Source: Octopus vulgaris (Eukaryota). From it: a DNA stretch of 64,000 nucleotides. Shown here piece by piece: positions 12,585-25,800 of this stretch. The notes beneath the pieces were generated by a model. It was given only the letters and a program-made list of their open reading frames with translations. It was not told the DNA's origin and searched no databases. The position numbers and the translations under genes are program-made. Within the stretch, counting starts at the first letter, position 1. Each line of letters begins with the position of its first letter. The stretch lies in contig OX597823.1 in NCBI GenBank assembly GCA_951406725.2, positions 90,458,001-90,522,000 of the forward strand, written 5' to 3'.

Positions 12585-12725
12585 AATCACTGCCTGGAAT
12601 CGAACTCAGAATCTTGGGGTTAGTAGCCTGTGCTCTTAACCACTACACCATGGGCATATGGCATAGTGGCTACCAACAAAGAAGTTGAGGACAAATATCT
12701 GTCAAATGTAAATAATGTACATAAT
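12400..12725 (-). mobile_element. tRNA-headed hammerhead-containing element with a partial inverted second copy
   Basis: Minus strand: A-box TGGTGTAGTGG and B-box GAGTTCGATTCC (12590-12656), (AAT)n, HHR 12455-12498, tail; tail repeated inverted at 12674-12725. Confidence 0.75.
12455..12498 (-). ncRNA. Type I hammerhead ribozyme with minimal, dimer-type helix III
   Basis: ACAC-CTGATGA-A-GGCTG gagggtatat CAGCC-GAAA-CA-TT-GTGT; CA is probably a CpG-decayed CG. Confidence 0.7.
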
Positions 12726-12819
12726 TCCTCATCCCTTAAATATAGGACTGTAATATATATCATGTTGGTGACTGAAAAGACAATTTACTCTAGGAACATT
12801 TATTTGTCTTGGAGAGCAT

Positions 12820-13660
12820 ACTGGAAGAAATGTTTAGCAGCATTTCAGCACTCTTTTATGTTCTGAGCTCAAATTTTGGTAAGGTCAACATTGCCTTGCA
12901 TCCTTTCATTGTCGATAAAATAAAGAACTGGTTGAGTGCTGGGAGTTGATGTAATTGCCTAACCCTCTACCCCTAAATTTCAGGTCTTACACCTAATAGT
13001 TGAAAGGATGGATTTTTTCCCCTGTATTAGGTTTCATATGTATTGTGATAATAAAGTGGAGTTTGGTTTTAAGCAGAGTTCTGATAACTGTTAATGAATA
13101 AATCTCAAAGAATGAAAGGCAAAGTTGACCTCAGTGGAATTTGAACTCAGAATGTAGAGAGTTGGATGAAATGCTGCCAAGCATTTTGCCCAATATGGTC
13201 ATGATTCTGCCTGTCTGCTGCTTTAATAATAATAATTCTTTCTACTATAGGCATTGGGCCTGAAATTTTGTGGAGGTGCACTAGTCGATTACATTGACCC
13301 CAGGACTCAACTGTTATATATTTTCATCAACCCTGAAAGGATGGAAGGAAAAGTCAACCTTGGCAGCATTTTGTCCAAAGCGCTAACAGTTCTGCCAGGA
13401 TGATGATGATGATGATAATGACGACGACGATGATGATGATGATAATAATAATGATAATAATAATGGTTTCAAATTTTGGCACAAGGCCAGCAATCTCAGG
13501 GAAGGCAGTGAGTTAATTATATCAACCCCTTCCCTTCCCACAGTGCTCCACTGGCACTTATTTTATCAACCCCCAACAGGATGAAAGGCAAAGTTAACGG
13601 CGGCATAATTTGAACCCAGAATGTCACTAAGCATTTTGTCCGATGTATTGATGATTCTGG
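12820..13660. mobile_element. Cluster of decayed Meta-domain SINEs separated by (AAT)n/(GAT)n
   Basis: Repeated GGATGAAAGGCAAAGTT/GTCGAC cores. Confidence 0.7.
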
Positions 13661-13665
13661 CAGCC

Positions 13666-13699
<34 letters not shown>

Positions 13700-13796
13700 T
13701 AATAATAATAATAACAAAGAGCAGATTTTAGAAATGTGAGCAAAATTACTTTCATTTCATAAGGATGTATTTCAAATATATACATACATACATACA

Positions 13797-13831
<35 letters not shown>

Positions 13832-14138
13832 GTATATACGAGAGAGAGAATGTCAAGGATTTCCATATGAAATATTGACTTTGATATCTCAAAGTTTTAA
13901 TGAGAAACGCACCTATTCAGAGAAAATAATCAATCAAATGACATATGTATATAGATCTAGAAAGTTCTATTAGGAATATGTAGTGAAAAAAAAAAGTGTA
14001 AAAAAGACGGAGATTGCGGAATGAATCTTAAATATTCTGTTGGAATAGAAGACACGAGGAAAATCAATTAGTTTAAAATATGAATTAGCTTTGTGAATAA
14101 AAATGTTTTTACTGCATTATTTTTATTATTATTATTAA

Positions 14139-14180
<42 letters not shown>

Positions 14181-14566
14181 GTTTATCATTAATAATCTTT
14201 GAACAGAATGAACGTGCTATTTCGTGATGAAGATGATATGTATGTGTACGTGTGTGTGCATGTGTATATATGTGTGTGTGTGTATGTATATATGTAAGGC
14301 ATGTGTGTGTTTATATACATATACACATTCATTCATACATATATGTATGCTTGTATGTAGTGAGTGCACATGTATTTAAATATACGTGTATATACCTGTG
14401 CATGCATGAGTGTGTAGAAATATGTGTATTTATCAGTGTACATGTGTTTTGTGTGTATAAATGTATGTGTATGTATATATATACATATGTATATATACAT
14501 ATACATATATATGTATATATGCATATATATATATATCTATCTTTCTAATTTTCTATTTTTCTCTCA

Positions 14567-14616
<50 letters not shown>

Positions 14617-14721
14617 CACACCTTTCTCCCTATCTTCCTTTACCTTTGCTATATATGTGTATATATCTATATATATATCAGTATGTGTGTGTGTATTTCT
14701 CTGTGCACATATGTATGTGTG

Positions 14722-14767
<46 letters not shown>

Positions 14768-14924
14768 TATGTATCTACTTATGCATAAGCAAGACACTGT
14801 CGTTATGTAGGTTCCCCCTTTGACGTAAGCAGCTATCTACAGGAACTCACAGCTCAGTGCAGCATTCAATATATTTGAAGTGTTAAATACAAGGGAAAAC
14901 AAATACCTACACACATACACACAT

Positions 14925-14970
<46 letters not shown>

Positions 14971-15519
14971 CAGAGAGGTTGAGTGGAAGAGAAAAAATCG
15001 CAATGGAGAGAACATTGAAATGAGAGAGGCCGAGAGAGAGATATAGAGAGATTTTCTTTCTGCTTCGCTATCAGAAAAGGAAATAAAAAAAAAAGAGTTC
15101 TCCATTTTGCACCCTACTTGTCAGTAATATTCAGCTGGCTGCATTATTAACAAAGTGTGTTTGAGTGAACATTTCTATGAAAACACAATGAGAGATTTGG
15201 AAAACATACAGTAACAGCAACAACAACATCACCATAAACACTTGAAGAAACACTTTGATAATAAGTTGCGATGAAACTGTGGGGGGAGAAGGATTCCATT
15301 AGTTGAATCGGAATAAATTCTAGTGTTGCATTGTGAACATTGGAGTATGTATATATAATAGCCATATATGGAAAAGGTCAGGAACTTGGAGGTATTTCTT
15401 GAATACCTAACCATACAGGAATTATAAATTTGACAAGTGTGTGTATATTTGTGGGTGTATAAAGGTTATGTATATAGACGCACAGACAAATATATAAATA
15501 AGTATACCTATCTGTGAAT

Positions 15520-15905
15520 GCACATGGCTAGATGGTTAGTGTATTGCACTCATGGTTGTTCGATTGTGGGTTTAAGTCCTGGGCCGGGTGGTGTGTTGTG
15601 TTCTTGAGCAAAACACTTCATTTCATGTTACCCTAGTGCTGTGTGACTACTGGTAATGTCAAAGAACAGACCCGTTTCCTCTGTATGTTGTTGTAAAGGA
15701 TGACTAAAAGGGGTTGAGGTTAGGGTTTACACTCTGACCTTGTAAAACTGTGACCAGCAACGACTACCCAAACAGACTCATGGGTTAGAAGGTTGCCACC
15801 TGAGTAGTGCAAGGGTGTCATCCACCCAGGTGTCAACCACCCAAGTGTAGGGAATCACCAACTAGTAGTGGATGCAGTGATGTGCTGTTACAGTGCATGT
15901 CCCTC
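15520..15905 (+). mobile_element. SINE with tRNA head, CORE-like segment and Nin/Deu-like domain
   Basis: GTGTTCTTGAGCAAAACAC (CORE-like) followed by GTTGTAAAGGATGACTAAAAGGGG, resembling the Nin-domain motif. Confidence 0.45.
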
Positions 15906-15921
15906 ATACTATTACTACTAT

Positions 15922-15952
<31 letters not shown>

Positions 15953-16011
15953 CCTACTGCAACTACCACCACCACAACCACCACCACCAAACACACACAC
16001 ACACACATATA

Positions 16012-16065
<54 letters not shown>

Positions 16066-16067
16066 TG

Positions 16068-16345
16068 TTGCCAGTGCCGCTGGACTGGCCCCTGTGCAGG
16101 TGGCATGTAAAAAACACCATTTGTGCATGGCCATTGCCAGTACCGCCTGACTGGCCCTCGTGCCGGTGGCGCATAAAAGCACCCACTACACTCACGGAGT
16201 GGTTGGCGTTAGGAAGGGCATCCAGCTGTAGAAACTCTGCCAGATCAAGATTGGAGCCTGGTGCAGCCATCTGGTTCACCAGTCTTCAGTCAAATCGTCT
16301 AACCCATGCTAGCATGGAAAGCAGACGTTAAACGATGATGATGAT
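16068..16345 (+). mobile_element. RTE 3' UTR copy, young
   Basis: AAAAGCACCCACTACACTCACGGAGTGGTTGGCGTTAGGAAGGGCATCCAGCTG..GACGTTAAACGATGATG. Confidence 0.8.
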
Positions 16346-16524
16346 TATATATATATGGGGTACTGGGGACATATAAAAAGCACCCAATCCATTCTGTAAA
16401 GTGGTTAGCATTAGGAAGGGCATCCAGCCTTAAAATTCAAGCCAAAACAGACAGTGGAGCTTAGTAGAGTCCTCTGGCTGGCCAGTTCTTGTTAGAATGT
16501 TAGATGATAAAGATGTATGTGTGT

Positions 16525-16563
<39 letters not shown>

Positions 16564-17569
16564 AATACTATTTTTAAAGAATATTTTGTACTCCAGTAAT
16601 CCTTCAGTTTAATGTTAAATTGTTTTTATTATAACTGAACATAAAAATAAACAGACACAGACACACACACACACACAATTTGTGTGTGTATCAGATTTGC
16701 AAGGCAACAGAGTATTTCTGAGGCATATACACGCTTAAATCAAAGAGCATGTGATTCAGCCGCACACTTGACCTGAGGACGTTCTGATGAGAATCTAAGA
16801 CATGACTGTCCAACTGCAGCTTGTCATGAGCTCATACTTGTTCTCTCATTAACTTCAATTTTAACCTCACCCCTCACTGCCTCCCACTGCAACCCAGCAA
16901 TCGACGCAGCAAGACTTAAGTGTTGTTTTCATTGACAGACGTCGTGGAAGTACTACTAGAAAGTCACTCACCACACACACACACACACATATATATATGC
17001 GTACAAACATGCATATATAAATACATGCATGCATAAAAATGTTTACAGGTCCATTATAGGTTGGATCAACAAAAAAAAAAAAAAATATTCCATCCAGTGA
17101 GAGTTAAATATCATTTAATAGACACAAAAGCAAAAAAGCAACTTATAGTTTCATGCCTTAAGACACATTAAATTGGCAGATTTATATGACAAGCCAATCT
17201 ATCTCCAAGCAATCTTTCGAGTTCATAATGTTAAATGTATTTAAAAAAAAAAACCAGCACACTGGACTATGTGGAAACATGAGAGAAAAAGTGAGAAGAA
17301 AAAAATGCAGAGGAGGTTGATGTAAAAGGTGGAATGAGGAAAAAGAAAAGAAAAGTAAGAAAATCAAGATCTCTTTTTCCTTCTTGTTTTTTCTCCTGTT
17401 TTCTCAGAGTCCAGCATCCTGGTTTTTAAATACATCGAGTGTTATGAACTGAGCCTGAATGATTGCTTGGAGATTCATGGCATGTTGTAGAAATCTGCCA
17501 ATTTAATGTACCTTAAGGCATGAAACTATAAGTAGCTCTTTAGTAATTGTGTGTATTAAATAATATACA

Positions 17570-18029
17570 TATTCTTTTATTTGTTACAGTCATTTGACTG
17601 TGGCCATGCTGGAGCACTGCCTTTAGTCGAGCAAATCGACTCCAGGACTTATTCTTTGTAAGCCTAGTACTTATTCTATCGGTCTGTTTTGCCGAACTGC
17701 TAAGTTATGGGGACGTAAACACACCAGCATCAGTTGTCAAGCGATGGTGGAGGGGGACAAACACAGACACACAAACATATACACACACATACATATATAT
17801 ATATATATAAATAAAATAAATGCATTCTTCTAAAGCCTAGCCAGGCTCATGGGCCCGGTTTAAATGGCGTATGTGTGCCCCAGCTGGATGGGACGCTTGT
17901 CCATTGCAGCGTTACTCATTTTTACCAGCTGAGTGGACTGGAGCAACGTGAATTCCTGGTCCAGGAATTGAAACCACAATCTTATGATCATGATGCTGAT
18001 ACCCTAACCACTAAGCCACGCACCACCAT

Positions 18030-18077
<48 letters not shown>

Positions 18078-18222
18078 CGGGCTCCTTCCAGTTTCCATCT
18101 ACCAAATCCACTCACAAGGCTTTGGTCAGCCAGAAGCTATAGTAGAAGACACTTGCCCAAGATGCCACTCAGTGTGATTGGTCGGTAAGCAAGCTACTTA
18201 CCACACAGCCACTCCTGTACCT
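17570..18222 (-). mobile_element. Family A SINE with a CORE-SINE (17820-18028) nested in its microsatellite
   Basis: Tail 17570-17780, head 18078-18222; insert has CCAGTCCACTCAGCTGGTAAAAATGAG on the minus strand. Confidence 0.75.
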
Positions 18223-19824
18223 ATATATGTATAAAAATGTAAAATCGCAAGCTATAAGAGGTGAATATATATTTATTTAACCACATACCCTCCATTGGGT
18301 TATGGGTGTTTCACCATCTTCTTTATGTAATGTTAATTTCAGGATGCAACAAATTATGCATACAGGTTTTCATTAAAATGTGCACTCTGTATTATTATTC
18401 AATATATTTGTATATTCACAAACCAATGCAAATAAAGAAAGCTAGCTCATCAGATCACTGGAACATTATGTACGATTACATCAACAGTTCAACTCTAAAT
18501 ATACATACAAAAATTCAATATTTATACACAAAGTATGGAAGGAAAGAATTGGACAAAATTACATTGATTTGGTCAGTAAATGGTAAACATCACAGTAAAG
18601 GCATTGAGTTGCTATTATTATAGAATAACCTTTTGTCACTTATGGACATTCTTATATCAATCAAGTTAAAGTGCTAGGTGGAAATTAAGGAAGTCACCGT
18701 CCTTAAGTAAGCTAAATAATGAGAAGGAATAACAAGAGATAAAGTAGAAATAAAATAATAAGAATATATAAAAATAAGGAAATAATACAAAAGGATTTTT
18801 TTATGGAAGATATTACACAAATGGGTAAGTGGTGGTGGTGGTGGGACGAAAGAGCTGGTGACTTGAAGATTGTATGGAATTCATGGATGAATGCACGGAG
18901 AGAAAGAGGTTGAACTGATATCAAGAAATTGTGTTTCTGCTACAATAATCTTGTATATGAAGTCAACAAAGGTCACAAAGACATCAGAGAAAGCATTTGA
19001 ACTTTCAAGAAGTTTACTCTCACATCAATCACACCTCCATATGCCTTTCAGCATATTAATCTGGGGGTAAACAAGGTACATACACACACATACATAGAAA
19101 CACATCTACAGAAGCATATATACAGATACAGATAAGTATAATAGACACATACACACACAGACACATACCTGTGTATGTAGTGTGTCTCAGCGAGAGACTC
19201 CGGCAATGGTTCTGTTTAATTAGAAGAGACTGATGATGAATTTGCAATATTTATATTCAGACAAGGAGATGCAGGGAGGTGTATATAATGGTGTATAATG
19301 TATATTAATGGGTATATGGTGAATGGAAGAACTGGGAAAAGGAAGAAGAAGTGGAGGGAAGAGACAGGTGAGAAGAGAAAAATGGTAACAGGTGAGAAAG
19401 AAAGATTTATTAGAGAAAGAAGGAGGAGGGAGAAGAGGGGAAAAGAAGACAGTGGACAAGAAAAATGAGAGGAGAAGGATAAGAAGGAGGAGTAGGTAAA
19501 AGAGAAGAAAAAAGGAAGAAGTGGAGGGTGAGAAGAAGAAGAAATTTTTAAGATGGTAGGAATGTGATTTGAAGGCTGTTTGACAGCTCGATTACATGGT
19601 TTCAGGTTCAGTCCCACTGTGTGACGCCTTCAGCAAGTGTATTCTGCTATAGCCCTGGGCTGACTAAAACCTTGCGTGTGGATTTGGTAGATGGAAGTTT
19701 CTCTTGTGCATATACGTGTGTGTAAAATTTCATAGTATTTGCGTAAGCATGCATGTCCATACTTACGCGAATACTATGAACCTTTTTACCCCCCTTATTT
19801 TTAGTCCCTACATACACACGCAGT

Positions 19825-20295
19825 GGGCTTCTTTCAGTTTCCATCTACCAAATTCACTCACAAGGCTTTGGTCAGCCTGAGGCTAGAGTAGAAAACACTT
19901 AAACACTTGCCCAAGGTGCCATGCAGTGGGGCTGAACCCAGAACCATGTGGTTGAGAAGCAAACTTCTTACTACACAGCCACACCTGTGCTTTTGTGTGT
20001 GTGTATGTATTCTTTTATTCTTTTACTTGTTTCAGTCACTTGACTGTGACCATGCTGGAGCACTGCCTTTAGTCGATCAAATCAATTCCAGGACTTATTC
20101 TTTATAAGCCTAGTACTTATCCTATCAGTCTCTTTTGCCAAACTACTATGTTATGGGGGACGTAAACACACCAACATCTGTTGTCAAGTGATGGTGGTGG
20201 TGGGGGGGACAAACACAGATACACAAATATATGCACACACACATATATATATGACGGGCTTCTTTCAATTTCCATCTACCAAATCTACTCACAAT
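19825..20295 (-). mobile_element. Family A SINE fragments
   Basis: Head and tail match the other copies. Confidence 0.75.
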
Positions 20296-21301
20296 ATATA
20301 TTTATATAGAGAGAGAGCAAGAGAGAGAGAGAGAGAGGGAGAAAGCGAGAGAGTCTTTGTGATTCAAACATTGGTCAAACATTTCTAGCACTGAGTCAAG
20401 ACAAGGAGACACAACCAGAATGTAAGAAGCTAGCATAGAAATGGTTTTGAGAATAAGAGTGGCTCAGAGAAACAAAGACCATTGTGGCAGTGGCAAAAGA
20501 GACAGGAATTGAACACAGCGTGCTGGTTTGGGAAGGTTTGTTTATCAGTGAGATGGTCATGCTTGAAATGTAGTGTAACATGTCTGTATATGTACCAACT
20601 GATTCACAAACCACCTGGACTAGAATTCTTTACACAACTTCCTGCTGTCTCCTTTTAACAAGCACTTTCATTCACATGGCTTTCTGCTGTTATCTGTTTC
20701 TGGAACTATTCTGTCTCAGAAGTAATCTAGTTTATTACTAACTAATATTACTTTCCTTTTTCTCCGTATCTCATCCTATTTTAACATTTATATCTTCCCA
20801 TCCTTAAGTACGTTTCCATTCAACCATGAACAGTGACACACACATGGCTTCTTAAACTAATTTTTACTTTCCATTGGCTTCACCTCCATCCTTGTTTGCC
20901 ATTCACTTCGTTCACCTCTACCCTTGTCTCTAACCATCTGCCATTCTCCTCTCAAACTCTTGCCGGCTTACCCATCCACCATTCCCCAATCCTCCGGCTG
21001 TATTCTCTCTTGAAGCTCTGTTCTGTCTTGTGAGTGCTCTGACATCTCATCACCACCATCTTCATCATCTTCCCAGCTACTCTTATCCACTCTTTTCAAA
21101 TGCAGGCTAACCATGTATCTCCCCTGCAGAAAGACATCTGTGCCTATATCTCTGTCATACTTTAACCCCTTATCATCTGACCTCTCTGCAACACCCACGC
21201 TCAGCTGAGCAGGGCTTCTTTTTTGTGAGTTACTTAGTGACCTTACTAGTGCTGGTGTCCCCCACCCCCAAGGGAAACAAAAGCACCCAATGCAATCTGT
21301 A

Positions 21302-22260
21302 CAGGGTTGCCAATTCTAAATTTAAAAATCATCTAATAGAAGGGGAAACTGCCAAAAGAAAGAAAAAAAATCACTTTTTTAGGTGTAAAAATCAAAAGAT
21401 TTATATTAAAAAGTTTCAACTCAAAATAATATAAATGTAATTTCATTTTTACTCCATAATATTTTGGAAGATTTCGCAATTAATTCCTTAGCATGTAGAA
21501 TCCATAATTTCACGTGATTGATAAGCATCCATGGATCCAAGTTTCTTTAACAATTTACCTGGGAATTTAGAATCATAAAAATATTTACCAATTTGTTTCA
21601 ATTCATATTTGATGCTCAAGATTTCTCTTAGAGTTTCTCTGCTTGGATGATTATCCTCATTTAATTTCCTTAAAATTCTTGTGGCTAAATACTCTCTCCA
21701 CATCAACATTCGCATGTGATAAATTTGGAAGAGTTAAAGTTAACTTAAGACAAATGCTCAAATGGATTTCTCCCAGGTGAATGCCAATGCACTGTTAGTT
21801 TAACCCAGAAAGGAACTGTGTGACAAATCTGTCCATTGTGTATTTAAAAGAAAAAAAAAATTCTGTTGAAAATCAGTTTTTGTCAGAATCTCTGAATTTT
21901 TATTAAATTGCATTGCAAGGTCAATAATTCTAGGTTGTATTGATTTTAGGCATTCTGTTACACTAAAATAACTCACTGATTGTAAAAGGTGAATATTCTC
22001 TGGAAGACACCGTTTAATTTGCTTCAAGACTTCTCAACAAATTGAATGCATCAGCTTTTTAACTCATTTTCTCCTTGGTCAATAAATTTAAACTCTGAGA
22101 TTCCCTTCTCAAATCGATTACCTGGATATGGCTTTGTATCTAAATAACCCTGCTCTGAATAATTTCCATTTAGCTGCTTTCCTGATTTTATAATTACTGA
22201 ACTGAGCAAATCAAGGAACTGCTGAAGGTCATTCAATAATTTAACGAGGTTTTGTAAATG
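21302..22260 (-). pseudogene. Decayed hAT transposase (C-terminal dimerisation region) with terminal repeat
   Basis: Minus strand LPNLSHANVDVERVFS motif (about 21685-21735), upstream KLLNDLQQFLDLLS..KPY, frameshifts and stops; terminus CAGGGTTGCCA at 21302. Confidence 0.7.
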
Positions 22261-22269
22261 GGATGGTGG

Positions 22270-23000
22270 GATATTCTTTTCTACTCTAGGCACAAGGCCC
22301 CGAAATTTTTGTGGAGGAAGCTAGTCAATTAGATCGACCCTAGTGCTCAACTGGTACTTAATTTATCGACCCCTAAAGGATGAAAGGCAAAGTCGACCTC
22401 AAGTGAATTTGAACTCTGAATGTAAAGACAGATGAAATACTGCTAAGCATTTCACCCGGCGTGCTAACGATTCTGCCAGTTCACCACTTTAAGAGAAATG
22501 GTTGGATATTATCAAAACAATCAGTTTTTCTGCAATAGGCACAAAGTCTTAAATTTTGGGGGAAGGGAGTTAGCCAATTACATCAAGCCCAGTGCATAAC
22601 TGGTACTTATTTTATCGACCCTGAGAGGTTGAAAAGCAAAGCTGGCCTCAACAGAACTTAAGCTTAGAACACAAAGATGGACGAAATGCTGCAAAGCATT
22701 TTACCCTGTCTGCTAACAATTCTGCAGGCACACTGCTGCATTAACAACAACAACAACAACAATAATAATGATAATGATAATTATTTCAAATTTTTGCTAC
22801 AAGGGCAGCTTGTGGGAGGGGATTAAAGCCAATTACATCGAACCCAGTCTGTAACTGGTACTTATTTAATCGACTCCCAAAAGGATGAAGGGCAAAGTCA
22901 ACCTCAGTGGAATTTGAACTCAGAATGTAGTGATGGGTGAAATACCGTTAAGCATTTCACCCAGCATGCTAATGATACTGCCAGCTCACTGCCTTAATAA
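22270..23000 (-). mobile_element. Three consecutive Meta-domain SINEs
   Basis: Repeated ACTGGTACTT..ATCGACCCC..GGATGAAAGGCAAAGTC units. Confidence 0.8.
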
Positions 23001-23057
23001 TAATAATATTAATACTACTACTACTACTACTAATAATAATAATAATGATAATAATAG

Positions 23058-23648
23058 GGTTATATTCACAGACACGACAGAGTTGGGACCTACATACACT
23101 GGAAGCTATGCCGACTCCATGGAATAACAACAGAAAAAAGATGGCATAGGCACACACCAGAAAAGGTCACAGAAAATGAGAAAGCAATAATACTCTGGGA
23201 TATGCCAATACACACAGATAGAGAAATTAAGGCCAATAGGCCAGATATAGTTATCAGAGTTCATCAAGAAAAACTGCTTTCTAATTGATGTATCAATACC
23301 AACAGATGACAACATTTCTCTAAAAGAAATGGAGAAACTTTCAAAATACAAAGACCTGGAAATAGAGGTAACTCGAATGTGGAATTTAAAAACAGAAACA
23401 ATTCCTATCATAGTAGTCGCATTAGGTATGATAAAAAAATATTCAGACAACTAACAAAAATACCAGGACCTACAAGTGTATATAACATACAGAAAATAGC
23501 ACTACTAGGCACTGCACAAATCCTACGTAAAACACTTACAATACAGTAACCATCAGAGCATCACAACAAATCACAGCACATACCCAAGGCTCTCAGAGCT
23601 GTGCTCGGTAGTGAAGTGAAAGCACCTGATAAAAATAAGTCTACTGAA
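23058..23648 (+). pseudogene. Dong/R4-clade non-LTR retrotransposon 3' fragment (restriction-like endonuclease)
   Basis: YIHRHDRVGTYIHWKLC..ILWDMPIHTDREIKANRPDIV..CFLIDVSIP..EKLSKYKDL..IPIIVVALG..QKIALLGTAQILRK; flanked by (TAA)n. Confidence 0.85.
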
Positions 23649-24119
23649 TAATAATAATAATAATGGTTTCAAATATTGCCACAAGGTTAGCAATTTCCAG
23701 GGAGGGGATAAGTTGATTACATCGACCCCAGTGTTTCACTGGTACTTAATTTATCGACACCGAAAGGATGAAAGGCAAAGTCTACCTCGGCAGAATTTGA
23801 ACTCAGAACATAAAGACAGACAAAATACTGCTAAGCATTTAGACCAGGGTGCTAATGACTCTGCCTGCTCACCGCCTTCACTAATAATAATGATGAAGAT
23901 GATATGTAAAACATAATTATTATTTAAAGCTGATGGGTCTTTTCAGGGTTGGTGCTTAGATTTGGTTTAGTGGTGTTAAATAGATGAAGGCCAAACTTTG
24001 TCCCAAGATGCTTAGAAAATCTTAAGAATTGTCCACAAGAGACACCTATCGGTAGAGTACAGGTGTTAGTTTTAAGAGAAAACTTCATTGGTTAAAAGCA
24101 AAGAATTATATACTTAAGG

Positions 24120-24165
<46 letters not shown>

Positions 24166-25084
24166 CCTACCTATCTATCTATTCTATGCCTACTCTGGGG
24201 TTTTATCTTAATTTATGATGGCTCACTGGTGTTATAAAAACAAAGATAAGCAGTGAAAAAAATAGGACAAAAAATAGAAGGAAAAATTGGGAAAATAAAA
24301 ATTACACAAAAAAAGAAAGGAAGGCTAAATAGCGAAAATATATGATGAAAATAATTAAAAAAAGCAAGGATAAGTAGGAAAAAATAATATAAAGAAAAAT
24401 AGTGAAAAAAATAAAAGAGCAAGGGTAAATAAAAAGAAAAATTACAAATAAAATAGTAAAAAAATTAAAATAAAACATGGTAAACAGTAAAAAAAAAAAA
24501 GAGGAAAATATATGAAGAATAGTAAAAAAAACAACTAGTAGAAAAAAAGAAATAAGAAAAAATGAGAAACCAGTAAAAAAAAAATATATAGAAAAATAAA
24601 ATGGAAAGATAAAAAAAATTTGCTTGAAAATAGTATATTTTGTAAGTAGACGTAATCCCTGAGGGAAGTTAGAATTTCAGATGATTTCTCCAGAGGTGAC
24701 CAAAGAGAAAATGAAAAGCTTATTTCAGAATTGAGCTCAATAGAATGATGGAATAATAGAATAACTGTCATGACAGAATATTTTCATACAGACATCAAAC
24801 TAGCAAAAGGGTCATAACATACACACACACGTGTGTGTGTGTTTGTGTATGTATGTGTGTATATATATATGTTGTGTGTGTGTGTGTGTTAATTGTATAA
24901 GTGTGTTTATGTGTGCTGAAATGTATTTGTATGTGTGTGTGTATTTGTAGATATGTGCATGTGTGTGTATGTGTGTGTGTTTATATTTTACTTATATATG
25001 GTTATCTACACATATAGGTTTCATTGCATCATGGTGAGCTTGTGTGTGTGTGTGTGTATATATGTATGTATATATATACATATA

Positions 25085-25122
<38 letters not shown>

Positions 25123-25422
25123 CATCTATGTGTGTGTATATATATATGTATGTATATATATATATACATATGTGTGTGTGTGTGTGTATACATAGGTGTG
25201 TGTGTATATATAGATATATATGTGTGTGCATGTATACATATGTGTGTGTATATATATATATACATCTACGTGTGTGTGTATATATATATATGTGTGTGTA
25301 TGTGTATAGCATTTATTTATCTACCTTCATTCATATCTGTCTATCTCTCTGTCCCTCAGTGTCTTTTTGTACCAGCCTATCTACCTATTTTACTACACAT
25401 CTATCTGTCTACCTATCCATCT

Positions 25423-25492
<70 letters not shown>

Positions 25493-25800
25493 TGTATAGT
25501 TAGAAAGATAGATGTAGGAAAAGAGAGAGATAAGAAGATAAAGACAAATTTGACATATATAGATGTGTATATATAAATATACAAACCCACAAACATACAT
25601 TCATACACACACACACATATATATATGCACAAACACAAATATACAGTGTAAAATTATGCAGATCCTTGCATGCACAGGTTGACATGCGCATATTATATAC
25701 TAGTATGTACATGTGTTCAATAAACTTAATACATGTGTGTACAGGTGTGCATTCATTCATAGGTATACATTTATCTGTCTTTCTGTATATATATATATAT

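Noticed and set aside
16775-16815. CTGATGAG motif
   Set aside because: No GAAA and no convincing helix I
19225-19270. CTGATGA-TGAAT..ATTCA-GACA
   Set aside because: Helix II is possible but there is no helix III, cleavage triplet or helix I
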